From: Octopus vulgaris
Taxonomy: Eukaryota
Reading direction: 5' to 3'
DNA length: 64,000 nt
NCBI GenBank assembly: GCA_951406725.2
Contig: OX597818.1
Coordinates: forward strand, 53,692,001 to 53,756,000
Each line of letters opens with the position of its first letter. The first letter of the stretch is position 1. Shown in pieces: positions 13,611 to 28,157 of this stretch. The notes under the pieces are model-generated. The model did no database searches. It saw only the letters and a list, made by a program, of their open reading frames with translations, and had not been told where the DNA came from. Position numbers and translations under genes: made by a program.

Positions 13611-15113
13611 CACATATACAGAAATATGCACGTAATATGCTCATGAAACCTTACTTGTTATTGTTATTATTTCCAATCGATGGAGAGCTACAAAAGTGAC
13701 TCCAAGGCGTACAGTTTTATGCATGTCACTTATCAAATTTATGCGTGCCTTTATATAGCTTTATGGCTACAGTTGTCACGTCGTTGATGTACCGCTGGGT
13801 TAAAAGTACGAGTACTAAGAGAGAGTTTGCATCTGCTCGTGACTATGAGTATCTACGGCAGAGCCGATGCTATGGCGCATAAGAGAGTGGTTTTCACTTA
13901 ACAAGTCATATCCTATTGTAAGGGGTGACATATATACATACATACATACATACCGACATATATATATTGAAAGAGAGATTTTGACAGGGTGTCCTTTGGT
14001 GATCGGAGTAATGTGAATAAGAAGTCCGGTTTAAGCAGACGGGAGAAATAATCACCGAGGAAGAAGGATGGAGAGGGCATAAGAAAAGTATATATTTGTA
14101 GGATGGTTGAGAGAAAGGGATGTGCCTTACATACCTGACTGAACTCAAGCAATAACAAACCAGTATCAAACCAGAAAAACTGTCCCCACCATTCATTTCT
14201 CTAAATCCACACATTACAAGCAAATTCTTTTCGCATGTCTTTTTCCACACATCTTCCTACACAATTACTTCTTCTGTCAATCAACACCGCACTTAATACT
14301 CATTGTCATCACACCACCTACGAAAGAACATCATGCCAAAACTTTTATAAACCGAAAGTTCAAAGTCACTGTCAACCGTTACCTCGTAAAAATGAATTAT
14401 ATGAACTCTACTAAAAAGTTTGAGTGGTCCGTCAACTTAATATTAAGTAGCTTTTATATATGACTTCAAATACAAACGTTAAGTTGTGTGCTGTGTATTT
14501 ACGTGTGTATATGTATGTATATATGCAGATAGAGAGATAGATATATAGGCACACACACATTCACACTCACACACATACATACATACATACATACATACAT
14601 ACATACATACATACATACATACATACGTATATACATACATACATACATACATACATACATACATACATACATACATACATACATACATACATACATACAT
14701 ACATACATACATACATGCATGTGCGCTTGCGTCTATTTTTCGTCCTCGAAATATTTTAGTATAAGGTATCTTCGTTCTCTTTTCAAACCTAACTTTATGA
14801 ATATCTTTGTTTGAACGTCTTTTAATGCAAGATCATTTTCACGAATTATTTCAAAACAGTTTTTAGTCTTTTTTCTGTCAGTGAGAACCGGCGTCAGCCC
14901 AGAATACACAGTATTTAATGGTGCCGGAGGAACCAAAATTAGAAAAGTCAGAATCATCTTGAAGACCATAGTAATGATGTTTAAAGTGCATTATGTGATA
15001 GTAAGTTATGAATGAAAGGATAAATGGTTTTCGTTGAGAATCAAAGTGCTTTGTATGTTACCTAAATGTCCTGGAAAAGCAGATGAGAAATTACTGTCTT
15101 TTTATGCGTGTAC

Positions 15114-15762
15114 AGGCGCAGGAGTGGCTGTGTGGTAAGTAGCTTGCTTACTTACCACAAGGCGGCGAGCTGGCAGAAACGTTAGCACGCCGGGCGAAAT
15201 GCTTAGGAGTATTTAGTCTGCCGCTAAGTTCTGAGTTCAAAATTCCGCCGAGGTCGACTTTGCCTTTCATCCTTTCGGGGTCGATAAATTAAGGACCAGT
15301 TACGCACTGGGGTCGATATAATCGACTTAATCCGTTTGTCTGTCCTTGTCTGTCCCCTCTGTATGTAGCCCCTTGTGGGCAGTAAAGAAATAAGTAGCTT
15401 GCTTACCAACCACATGGTTCCGGATTCATTTCCACTGCGTGGTACCTTCGGCAAGTGTCTTCTACTATAGCCTCGGGCCGACCAAAGCCTTGTGAGTGGA
15501 TTTGGTAGACGGAAACTGAAAAGAAACCCGTCGTATATATGTATATATAAGTGTGATATGTATGTGTATCTGCGTTTGTCCTTCCAACATCGCTTGACAA
15601 CTGATGGTGGTGCATTTACGTTCCCCGTAACTTAGCGATTCGTCAAAAGAGACCGATAGAATATGTACTAGGCTTGCAAAGAATAAGTCCTGGGGTCAGT
15701 TTGCTCGACTAAAGGCGGTGCTCCAGCATGGCCGCAGTCAAATGACTGAAACAGGTAAAAAA
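15114..15762 (+). mobile_element. SINE-B containing a nested SINE-A monomer (15159-15392)
   Basis: The SINE-B head ggagtggctgtgtggtaagtagcttgc is interrupted, with taagtagcttgcttac duplicated on both sides of the SINE-A insert. Confidence 0.9.
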
Positions 15763-16284
15763 AAGTACAAATACGATAGATATACTTCTTGTCTATCATA
15801 TGTCAGAGAAATTCTTAGCGGTTAAAATTTTCCAGATTTCTTTTACAGGATCCGTGATCAAAATAAATTTTTTAAATTCTTACAATTGCGTTGCTGAAAT
15901 AAGTCGTTCTAAGTAATGTTGCCTAAAACCCTGAGATTCTAGTTGCAAACTTGATTTGATGATACCATGGTTTTATGGCTTAATTCAGGTGGATAATCTG
16001 TGCTAATAATCTTCACAGGCCTTCTGTGGGTGGTGAGATCTTTGTGTCTTATAATAAGCTTGAGCATCCGTAAGTTGTTTGTGTTAAGTGTTTTGATGCT
16101 TTCATAATTGCTGATTAGACATCGCATATTTGAATGACCTAGTCGACTTCTGTTGCGGTGTCAAACCTTACTTAGTGATGTAATTTAAGGCACCGAAAAT
16201 GTTGGAAAACATTTAGGATTTTGGTTCGAATTCAGATGGAATCTTGCGGGAAGTGAAACATTTGTGAATTATTTGGAGAGAATT

Positions 16285-16465
16285 CACAAAGAAAAAAAAA
16301 GGCGAAGACAGGTGGTGTAAGCAACTAACAGATGTATTAGTTTTACGCTCGGGAATTGAAGAAGTCTTTAACGTTTCGAGCTTACGCTCTTCCACAGAAA
16401 GGAACACAGAAAGAAACAAAGAGAGAAAATAAAGAATGTGTAGTGGCTAGCGATGTATCATGGCG
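16285..16465 (-). mobile_element. Dispersed repeat carrying a minimal hammerhead-like motif (probable Penelope terminal-repeat derivative)
   Basis: Homologous to about 56855-57005; motif at 16366-16401. Confidence 0.5.
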
Positions 16466-16578
16466 AATTATTTTTGTGAATTATTCGATTGATATTTCCA
16501 CGAAGAGTGTACGGAGCAGAGTTTTTGTTTTAGAACTATTTTCCGAATGGAATAAAAACTGAAATTTGCTTTACTAAA

Positions 16579-16579
<1 letters not shown>

Positions 16580-16637
<58 letters not shown>

Positions 16638-16665
16638 CCCCATCATCATCACCATCATCATCATC

Positions 16666-16735
<70 letters not shown>

Positions 16736-16737
16736 CC

Positions 16738-16769
<32 letters not shown>

Positions 16770-16790
16770 CATCATCACCATCACCACCAA

Positions 16791-16835
<45 letters not shown>

Positions 16836-16857
16836 TATCATCATCATCATCATCATC
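16580..16857. repeat. (ATC)n microsatellite
   Basis: Directly visible; source of the poly-D and poly-M ORFs. Confidence 0.95.
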
Positions 16858-17659
16858 TTTCACTCTCGTAATGTGAAGATGTTTTTGTTTTCTCTTAGAG
16901 CCATTACTTAATCATGCATTCCCAACTGAAATTTTCTTCGGTGTTCTTGTAAAGAACTATAATTACCAAAAGCATTGCTGCCTGCCCCTCAATTCTCGTG
17001 GGTAGACAATGTAATACTGCTCTGTTTTACAAACTTTTAAATTTTATTTGCACACACTACTCTTTGACATCGGAAATGACATTTGTTACAAGACCGAACA
17101 ACACAATACCAAAATAAGTAAACAAGCAATTGAGTGTAGAAAAAGGTTAACCTGAACAGCTTAGTGAACAATTAATGAACAATTAATAGGAAAAGATATC
17201 CCAAGCATTCTAATAAGTAGTCTGGAAGATAACAATTATTGCACCAACAACAACAGAGACTCTTACGCAATCAAATAACTGTAGTCCGTTAATACAGTAT
17301 TAAAGCAAACCTTTTATTTACACAAAGTGAACAAGCAAAATTTGAAGATGTGAGTTACAAGAAAAAATGTAGGTGGAAGAATTTTGTAAAACCGAACAGC
17401 ATTTTTTTTTTGCTATAGGAGGTAATCCGAGAAAAGGCAAAGCGAAAAATTATATATCTCTACTTATAAATGGAGGTAGGTGGGAAGTAGAGATTTCCCT
17501 TACATTAAGTAGCACGAAAAGCTCTTCAGGATATATCGGAAGAAAATCTCTCCATTAAAAGCAAAGCGTGATTTATCTGGTTGTCTTCAAAACTGAAGGC
17601 TCAGCCAAGACACCGTCTGAAATTGCCAGACTGTACATTTGTGCTCCAGCATATTGTCC

Positions 17660-17946
17660 AAACACCATTTGAGCGTGGCCGTTGCCAGTACCGCCTGACT
17701 GGCCCTCGTTCCAGTGGCACGTAAAAGCACCTACCACACTCTCGGAGTGGTTGGCGTTAGGAAGGGCATCCAGCTGTAGAAACACTGCCTGATCAGACTG
17801 GGCCTGGTGCACCCATCTGGTTCGCCAGTCCTCAGTCAAATTGTCCAACCCATGCTAGCATGGAAAGCGGCGGTTAAACGATGATGATGATAATGATGAT
17901 GATGATGGTGATGGTGATGATGGTGATGATGATGATGATGATGATG
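17660..17946 (+). mobile_element. 5'-truncated SINE/retroposon with (GAT)n tail
   Basis: ggcacgtaaaagcac..ggttggcgttaggaagggcatccagctgtagaaac..catgctagcatggaaagcgg..ttaaacgatgatgat, an RTE-style tail. Confidence 0.6.
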
Positions 17947-18201
17947 AAATACAAGAGTGACAATAAGAGTTTCGGAAATGACGCAGATCCATGGCTTGTA
18001 GTCTCGTTCATATCGTACTATGGTAGAGTGATCACAAAAGGTTAATGTAAGCTGATCAGTGGCCAGGGAACGTCAAAATGAATATGCAGGTCTTAATGAC
18101 CACCAAAGGCCACAGATCCATACCAGTGACCAACACTAGGGAGACGCTTGGGTGAGGGCATGAGGTTAAGGATAGAAAGCAGAAAATCTAACTGCTACAT
18201 T

Positions 18202-18420
18202 TCGCGGTTTCGATTCCCAGACCGGGCGTAGTGTGTGTTTATTGAGCGAAAACACCTAAAAGCGCCACGAGGCTCCAGCAGGGGTTGGTGGCGACCCCTG
18301 TTGTACTTTTTCGCCACAACCTTCTCTCACTCTCTCTTCCTATTTCTTGAGTAACGCTGCGATGGACTGGTGTCCCGTCCAGCTGGGGCGGGGGGGGGGC
18401 ACCTACGCCACAGAAACCGG
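18202..18420 (+). mobile_element. SINE with head C and tail D (truncated), abutting a SINE-B 5' part on the minus strand (18421-18541)
   Basis: ggtttcgattcccagaccgggcg..gagcgaaaacacctaaa, then gagtaacgctgcgatggactggtgtcccgtccagctgggg. Confidence 0.8.
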
Positions 18421-18624
18421 CTTTGGTCGGCCCGAGGCTATGGTGGCAGACACTTGCCTAAAGTGCCACGCAGTGGGACTGAACCCGGAACCATGTGGTT
18501 GGTAAGCAAGCTACGTTCAACACAGCCACTCCTGCGCCTATACTTAACTATATATTCATAATAGGGAAAGTGTCTCTAGGAAAGATTTCAGTTATATACC
18601 AATAAACGCCACATAAGACGAATT

Positions 18625-18842
18625 ATTGGTTTCAAATTTTGGCACAAGGCCAGCATTGTTGGGGTAGGGGGACCAGTCAATTACATCGACCCAAGTGTTC
18701 AATTGTACCTATTTTATCGATCCCGTAAAGATGAAAGACAGAATCAACCTCGGTGGCGTTTGAACACAGAACACGAAGACAGACGGAATGCCGCTGAGCA
18801 TTGTGCCGAGCTTGCTAACAATTCTGCCAGCACGCCGCTTTC
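18625..18842 (-). mobile_element. Old SINE-A copy with alternative tail (ggccttgtgccaaaatttgaaacc)
   Basis: Diverged match to the SINE-A head and body. Confidence 0.75.
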
Positions 18843-18929
18843 AGTAGATGCTTATGCAGCATAAGGTAATATAAAAGAGCTTTCGTGTGTGGTGGGGGTG
18901 CATTAGAGCAGATTGATATGAATATACTT

Positions 18930-19347
18930 TATTTCTTTACTGTCCACAAGGGGCTACACACAGAGAGGACAAACAAGGACAGACAAACGGATTAAGTCGA
19001 TTATATCGACCCCAGTGCGTAACTGGTACTTATTTAATCGACCCCGAAAGGATGAAAGGCAAAGTCGACCTCTGCGGAATTTGAACTCAGAACGTAGCGA
19101 CAGACGACATACCTATTTCTTTTACTACCCACAAGGAGCTAAATACAGAGAGGACAAACAAAGACAGACAAACGGATTAAGTCGATTATATCGACCCCAG
19201 TGCGTAACTGGTACTTATTTAATCGACTCCGAAAGAATGAAAGGCAAAGTCGACCTCGGCGGAATTTGAACTCAGAACGTAACAGCAGACGAAATCCGGC
19301 TACGCATTTTGCCCGGCGTGCTAACGATTCTGCCAGCTCGCAGCCTT
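18930..19347 (-). mobile_element. SINE-A dimer with 14-15 bp TSD
   Basis: atatgaatatactt at 18916 and 19348. Confidence 0.9.
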
Positions 19348-19985
19348 ATATGAATATACTTTGTGTTGTCAGATAAATAAAATGATTAGCTAGAATTTAA
19401 TACAACTATTATCTCGTTCTTAACTGGCCTAATTATATATTTACGACGTGTAGCTGTGAATGTGTCTGCCCTGTACGAGAGCAACTCGAGGAATAATTGA
19501 AGAAAAATGATCCTAGAACGTTGTGTCTACTTGACAGTCAATGTCAGGATTTTAATGAGGATCAATAAGGGTGAAATACGTTATTAACTAATTAGTTTTA
19601 ATGAGGAAGTAATGCGCATTTATTAATCCCAGAAAGCAAATATTCTGTAAATAATATATTTTGTTTAATCAGCTAAGTTAATTTGTATTGCACTTGTAAC
19701 CACCATAAAAAGAAAAGATATACATTTGTCGTTAATTGGCGTCCATTAAGTAAATGCAAAAGCTAGCGAGACAAAGAGAAAATGCATGGAATTGTTACTG
19801 TGGCTATAAACAGGTCTTTAGCTAAATGAGAGATCAGTTTACATTGTATAATCTATAAGAACATCGTTGTAGCTGTGGTTGAGATTTTAATGCCCTTTAA
19901 GTGCTGCTATTTTTTCTCTGTTTTGTAATACACTCACACACAGACTCATTCGTGTAAGCATAAATATGTGAATGTGCGTATGTAC

Positions 19986-20032
<47 letters not shown>

Positions 20033-20044
20033 CATATATATATA

Positions 20045-20558
<514 letters not shown>

Positions 20559-20782
20559 CAGTTACTCCTATGATATTGTTGGTGAAACTTGTTCTTTGTC
20601 TACCTACTTACCCTCTTTGTGATTTTGGTTAATGGAGTAACTATAATAATGAATCTTTTGAATTTAAAATGTATATTGCTCTACATTTTAAAACTGATGT
20701 AATATTTGCATTGTTCAATTAAATGGAGTCGTATGAAACGATCGTACTGCATAACCTCTGGATATCCTTGTTATTTATTTTG

Positions 20783-20839
<57 letters not shown>

Positions 20840-20925
20840 TGTGTGTGTGTATGTGTGTGTGTGTATGTGTGTGTGGGTGTATACATCTATATGTGTATAA
20901 ATATATATACAAATATATATACATA

Positions 20926-20970
<45 letters not shown>

Positions 20971-20989
20971 TCGTCTATATATCTTCATG

Positions 20990-21180
20990 TATTCTATTTG
21001 TTTCAGTCATTTCACTGCGGCCATGCTGGAACACCACCTTGAGGAGGGGTTTTAGTCGAACAAATCGACCCTCAGAATTTTTTTTTTTATTCTTTAAGCC
21101 TAGTACTTATTCTATCAGTCTATTTTGCTGAACCGCTAAGTTACGAGGACGTAAACACACCAAAACCGGTTGTCAAGCGA
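20990..21180 (-). mobile_element. SINE-B 3' half
   Basis: Match to the SINE-B tail and body. Confidence 0.75.
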
Positions 21181-21637
21181 TGATGTACAGAAATATAATG
21201 TGAAGTGTACCCTTTAAATAAGAGTAAACAACACTGGTTGCGCCACGTATTTTACTTCTCATGGCTGGAATAAGTGGGAGCAATGTGATTTGTCTCTATA
21301 TCGGTGTTTGCATGCATGTGCGTGTGTGTGTGTGTATGTGTGCAGGCGGTGTATTTGTGCGTGTTTGTGCATGTGTATGCGTGTGTATGGGTATGAGGTT
21401 TTGGAAATGCATCCTCCGTCGGTTTCGACGATAAGTATGGCAACAGGACTGTCCTAATATTCCTCAGAACCAGCCTGATTCTGCGTGATAAGTGAACGAA
21501 CGAATGTTCCTAAGATGTGTGATACACGATATTCATCCAAGATATTTCACAATGGGATCGAACTCGTTACCATATGATTATTAAGCAAACTTCTTAATGG
21601 ATCAGCAGTGAGTTTGCGAGTGTATGAATGTGTATGC

Positions 21638-22440
<803 letters not shown>

Positions 22441-22444
22441 TATA

Positions 22445-22489
<45 letters not shown>

Positions 22490-23554
22490 CCTGTGTATTT
22501 GCGTATGTATGAATCTTCATGCGTGGAGGAGTGAAAAACGGTGGTCGAAAATATCACTGTTGAAATATTATCTAACGGAATGAATTAAAATCCATTGAGC
22601 AAGAATAATGCAAATATAAAAATATAGAGTATTTATAACTTTGTGATCGCAAATACCAAGCTTTACATAAATTGCCAACATTTGACCCCCACACCCTCAA
22701 CATTCCTTCATGTTATTTTTGTGGGGTGTTCTTTATTATCTATTTATTAATTTCGCTCTCCCTCACACATGTGACGTAACATTCTCGACTATCCCCTGGT
22801 AACTGCCAACCTTAATTTCCTTGATTTCTCACAGACCCTGTCATTCTTCTCCCACTCAATGTAATATCTAATTCTCTGTAATTTCTAAACCCCTAAACCT
22901 CCATCTCCTCCCCTCTCTCTTTCACTCCCCCTCACTCTCTCTCTCCTTCTCTTTCTCCCTTTCTATCGTCTCGCCCACCTTATTGTTTACACATCATTTC
23001 TACCTCCCTTCCTCAAGTTCTATTTTCACCCCCATTCTGTATATGTATTCGTCTGTGTGTGGCTTCTTTCTTTTTTCTTTTCTTATTCATTGGGTTTTCA
23101 CCAGAAAACCATTATTGAATATTAATTTCCCATCTAGCCCGCACCGCAACATTCATCACTATCCCCAAATCTCATCCAAATCTAACCCCCTTTTCTCCTC
23201 TGGTTATATATGACTCATACACGCTACAATTATGTTACATCTTCAACCGCACTAGAATATTGAAGTTCGCTTACATGCAACCAAAAGCTATGCTTCGGAT
23301 CCAAATATTTCATTAGGTGTGACTTCCTCTGAAGCTTACATAGGAAGAAGTTCAACTCATGCATGACCACTAAATGGTTGAGACTGAAAGATATGTGTTT
23401 ATTGAGCGATGAATCCTTTTTAGAGAACGGCAGAATATAAAGCATTTGTTTTGATTGGAAAATTTAATCCTAGTTAGTTTATGCTGTTTTCATTTATCCA
23501 GCATCTCCGTTGGTGATTTATTCATAGATTTCGTTTGTTGGTTATTCGAATTCT

Positions 23555-23939
23555 GGAGGCGCAATGGCCCAGTGGTTAGGGCAGCGGACTCGCGGTCGTA
23601 GGATCGCGGTTTCGATTCCCAGACCGGGCGTTGTGAGTGTTTATTGGGCGAAAACACCTAAAGCTCCACGAGGCTCCGGCAGGGGATGGTGGTGATCCCT
23701 GCTGTACTCTTTCACCACAACTTTCTCTCACTCTTACTTCCTCTTTCTGTTGTACCTGTATTTCAAAGGGCCGGCCTTGTCACTCTCTGTGTCACGCTGA
23801 GTATCCCCGAGAACTACGTTATGGGTACACGTGTCTGTGGAGTGCTCAGCCACTTACACGTTAATTTCACGAGCAGGCTGTTCCGTTGATCGGATCAACC
23901 GGAACCCTCATCGTCGTAACCGACGGAGTGCTTCCACTA
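23555..23939 (+). mobile_element. tRNA-derived SINE, head C and tail C, full length with 11-bp TSD
   Basis: A box tggcccagtgg, B box ggtttcgattcc; TSD attcgaattct; near-identical to 48291-48673. Confidence 0.92.
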
Positions 23940-24018
23940 ATTCGAATTCTAGTTCTTTCCCTTATTATTTTCTTGTATTTATTTCAGCATTAATTCTCTA
24001 CCGATATTTACACTAAAT

Positions 24019-24800
24019 AAAGCGGCGAGCTGGGAGAATCGTTAGCACACCGGGCGAAATGCGTAGCCGTATTTCGTCTGCTGTTACATTCTGAGTTCAA
24101 ATTCCGCCGAGGTCGACTTTGCCTTACATCCTTTCGGGGTCGATAAATTAAGTACCAGTAACGCACTGGGGTCGATATAATCGGCTTAATCCATTTGTCT
24201 GTCCTTGTTTATCCTCTCTGTGTTTAGCTCCTTGTGGGTCGTAAAGAAATAGGTATTTCGTCTGCCGTTACGTTCTGAGTTCAAATTCCGCCGAGGTCGA
24301 CTTTACCTTTCATCCTTTCGGGGTCGATAAATTACGTACCAGTTGCGTACTGGGTTCGATGTAATCGACTTAATCCCTTTGTCTGTCTTTGTTTGTCCCC
24401 TCTGTATTTAGCCCCTTGTGGGTAGTAAAGAAATAGGTATTTCGTCTGCCGCTACGTTCTGAGTTCAAATTCGCCGGCGTCGACTTTGCCTTTCATCCTT
24501 TCGGGGTCGATAAATTAAGTACCAGTTACGCACTGGGTCGATGTAATCGACTTAATCCCTTTGTCTGTCCTTGTCCCCTCTGTGTTTAGCCCCTTGTAGG
24601 TAGTAAAGAAATAGGTATTTCGTCTGCCGTTACATTCTGAGTTGAAATTCCGCCGAGGTCGACTTTGCCTTTCATCCTTTGGGGTCGATAAATTAAGTAC
24701 CAGTTACGCACTGGGGTCGATGTAATCGACTTAATCCCTTTGTCTGTCCTTGTTTGTCTCCTCTGTGTTTAGCCCCTTGTGGGTAATAGGTATTTCGCCC
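24019..24800 (+). mobile_element. SINE-A tetramer (one head + four bodies of about 180 bp)
   Basis: Junction aata|ggtatttcg at about 24252, 24436, 24613 and 24789. Confidence 0.92.
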
Positions 24801-24829
24801 GTAACTGAAGCTTTCAAGCAGTATTAATA

Positions 24830-25474
24830 TTAGTTTCAAATTTTGGCATAAGGCCAGCAAGTTCGGAAGCGAGTGTAAGTCGATTGCATGGACCCCAGTT
24901 CTTAACTGGTATTTTTTTTATCGTTCCTGAAAGGATGGAAGGTTAAGCTGACCTCAGCTGACTTTGAACTCAGATCGTAAAGACAAACAAAATGTCGCTA
25001 AGCGTTTGGCTCAGCATGCTAACGATTCTACCAGCTCGCCGCCTTTCCAGCAGTATAAATATTATTTTCATTTATAGGTACAAGGCCTGAAACTTGGGGA
25101 GAGGGAGTAAGTCGATTACATCTGGTACTTATTTTATCGATCCTGAGAGGATGAAAAGCTAAGTTGACCTCGACGGAATTTGAACTCAGAAAGTGAAGAC
25201 GGACGAAATACCGCTAAGCATTTTGCCCGGCGTGGTAATGATTCTTATTTCTTTATCGCCCACAAGGGGCTAAACACAGAGGGGACAAGGACGGACAAAC
25301 GGATTAAGTCGATTGCATCGACCCCAGTGCGTAACTGGTACTTATTTAATCGACCCCGAAAGGATGAAAGGCAAAGTCGACCTCGGCGGAATTTGAGCTC
25401 AGAACGTAGCGGCGGACGAAATACCACAAAGCATTTCGCCCAGCGTGCTAACGATTCTGCCAGCTTGCCGCCTT
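24830..25474 (-). mobile_element. Cluster of two old SINE-A copies plus one young copy (25244-25474) joined into the head of an old one
   Basis: The young tail aagaaata runs directly into agaatcattaccacgccggg of a diverged copy. Confidence 0.8.
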
Positions 25475-25867
25475 AACGGCAGAATTAATATTAAAACCTT
25501 TTGGTATTCGGTTATAAATTAGAGACTGCCCTTAGCAATCAAATTGTCACATTACTCACTAATGGTGTTTTATTGCACTAGTTAATTACTGAGGAACTGA
25601 CCTCTTTTAGATAAGCAATCTTACTTATCAGAGTTAGTTATATAACTATTAGCTGTTTCAGTTCTTTTCGTTTTGTTCTATTTTTTTTTTTTTTTTTTTT
25701 GAAGCCAATATCAATTTTTAGGTCTTAGAGTCTACGATGTCAGAGCATTCACAGAAAGAAGCAAAGTCGTTCAATACTCATCAGTGTACCAACTCGCTTA
25801 AAGCTTGTACTACTAACCGTATCATCAATCCTCTTTTATTGACAATTTCTACACTCTCATTCTATAT

Positions 25868-26282
25868 ATATTTCTTTATTCCCCACTGGGGGCTAAACAT
25901 AGAGGGGACAAACAAGGACAGACAAACGGATTAAGTCTATTATATCGACCCCAGTGCGTAACTGGTACTTATTTAATCAACCCTGAAAGGATGAAAGGCA
26001 AAGTCGACCTCGGCGGAATTTGAACTCAGAACGTAATGGCTGATGAAATACCTATTTCTTTACTACCCACAAGGAGCTGAACACAGAGGGGACAAACAAG
26101 GACAGACAAACGGATTAAGTCGATTACATCGAACCCAGTAACTGGTCCTTATTTAATCGACCTCGAATGGATGAAAGACAAAGTCAAACCTCGGTGGAAT
26201 TTGAACTCAGAGGGTAACGGCAGACGAAATACGGCTACGCATTTCGCCCGGCGCGTTAACGTTTCTGCCAGCTCGCCGCCTT
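25868..26282 (-). mobile_element. SINE-A dimer
   Basis: Standard junction; flanking acac(t/a)ctcattctata duplication. Confidence 0.9.
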
Positions 26283-26496
26283 ACACACACTCATTCTATA
26301 GACACTATTACCATTACCACAGGAGACTTTGCTCTTAAGACACCACGCTGATGGAATCCCTTATCGACAAAAGGAATTTTTTGTGCTCATTTATCTGCTC
26401 TTGCCGCACTAATCATTATATGCAGTCATTCACGTCACAAAATCCCCTCTGAATAATTTTCACCCTCCCCAATGGTTTACCATTATTTTCATATAG

Positions 26497-26912
26497 GAAG
26501 ACAGCGAGTTGGCAGAATCGGTAGCACCCCGGGCGCAATGCGTAACCGTATTTCGTCTGCCGTTACGTTCTGAGTTGAAATTCCGCAGAGGTCGACTTTG
26601 CCTTTCATCCTTTCGGGGTCGATTAAATAAGTACCAGTTATTCACTGGGGTCGGTAAAATCGACTTAATCCGTTTATCTGTCCTTGTTTGTCCCCTCTGT
26701 GTTTAGCCCCTTGTGGGTAATAAAGAAATAGGTATTTCGTCTGCCGTTACGTTCTGAGTTCAACTTCCACTGAGGTCGAATTTGCCTTTCATCCTTTCGG
26801 GGTCGATAAATTAAGTACCAGTTACGCACTGGGGTCGAAATAATCGACTTACTCCGTTTGTCTGTCCTTGTTTGTCCTCTGTGTTTAGCCCCTTGTGGGC
26901 AGTAAAGAAATA
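26497..26912 (+). mobile_element. SINE-A dimer
   Basis: Standard junction at about 26731. Confidence 0.9.
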
Positions 26913-26994
26913 GGAACTTATTTTATCAACTACAAAAGGATAAAACGGTAAATCAAACTCGACGGATTTTGGACCCCGAACGTTAAGACTAAAG

Positions 26995-27474
26995 CAAGGG
27001 TGGGGAAACCCCAGCAAGCCGATATACTCGCATGCACAAAATACAATAAATTTTTCAATTGTAAAATTTATACAATATTCATATGCATATTTGTGACATA
27101 GGTCGCGTTTCCACTACGACTTAAAACGGTTAGACTCGAACAGAAAATCGTCTAGTAATTGCCATTTGAATGGAAATTTTGTTTTCTCAATAAAACACAT
27201 ATTGCTAGGTTTGTACCACCCCCTTGAGACCCAACTACGCTCTGGCTGAAAAATATAAACTACCGCGTAAATGATACAAACGTCCTAAATTCAGTGGCGG
27301 CGTTGATGAAGACATTTAATATGTTAAACTTATCCTTATTAATGTATATCGAATTACACATGGATATATACAATATTTGCACCGATATAACAGTTAAAAC
27401 TTGTGGTCCGTCCGCGGACCTTTTTTCATTGGAAATTTTTGCTCGCTGCACTAAAATGTTTCCCCACACTCCTG
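26995..27474. mobile_element. hAT (Charlie-like) MITE with 8-bp TSD, inserted in an old SINE-A
   Basis: TIRs caagggtggggaaac / gtttccccacactcctg; TSD gactaaag (26987-26994) and gactaaaa (27475-27482). Confidence 0.7.
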
Positions 27475-27489
27475 GACTAAAAAAATGCC

Positions 27490-27722
27490 TATTTCTTTAC
27501 TACCCACAAAGGGGATAAACACAGAGAGGACAAACAAGGACAGACAAACGGATTAAGTCGATTATATCGCCTCCAATGCGTAACTGGTACTTATTTAATC
27601 GACCCCGAAAGGATGAAAGGCAAAGTCGACCTGGGCGGAATTTGAACTTAGAACGTAGTGGCAGACGAAATACGGCTACGAATTTCGCCCGGCGTGCTAA
27701 CGTTTCTGCCAGCTCGCCGCTT
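27490..27722 (-). mobile_element. SINE-A monomer joined at the usual site to the old, MITE-interrupted copy
   Basis: Minus-strand junction aagaaata|ggcattt. Confidence 0.85.
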
Positions 27723-28126
27723 TGGAGTACTGCAATATTAAAATATAAAGTGAGGTGGCTAAATGTAAACTAAAAAAGAATAAAAGTAAAGGAGAATTAT
27801 GAAGGAAAGAATGAGAGAAATAGAATAAAGTGAACGTAGAGGAAGGCATATATTAAATAGACAAGTCTGTGCATGTACAAATATTGTCGAGACTATGCAG
27901 AACTAGCAGTGAGACAGAGGTAGGCGAGTACATAAGATATTTAAATATGGGCGATGCATTTTCTTTTGCAAAATATTGAGATGAGAAAACAAACACAGCA
28001 AAGCCGAGCGGAAGTTGTCACACTGAATGACCAGACGACAGTCGACTGTTTTCAGTGGATACCAATTTTAGTGTCGCCAAGGAAAATAACCATGATTCAG
28101 GAAACTAATGTGCAATAGCAAACTCG

Positions 28127-28157
<31 letters not shown>

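Noticed and set aside
16468-16863. Poly-Asp and poly-Met ORFs (also 34630-35061) suggestive of acidic biomineral or reflectin-like proteins
   Set aside because: Pure (GAT)n repeats with no reflectin motif, signal peptide or splice evidence.
23555-23630. tRNA gene
   Set aside because: A and B boxes are present, but the sequence continues into a SINE body with TSDs and has no proper acceptor stem, so it is a SINE head.
24019-24800. CRISPR-like repeat array
   Set aside because: The units are contiguous SINE bodies of about 180 bp with no unique spacers and no cas genes, in a eukaryotic context.
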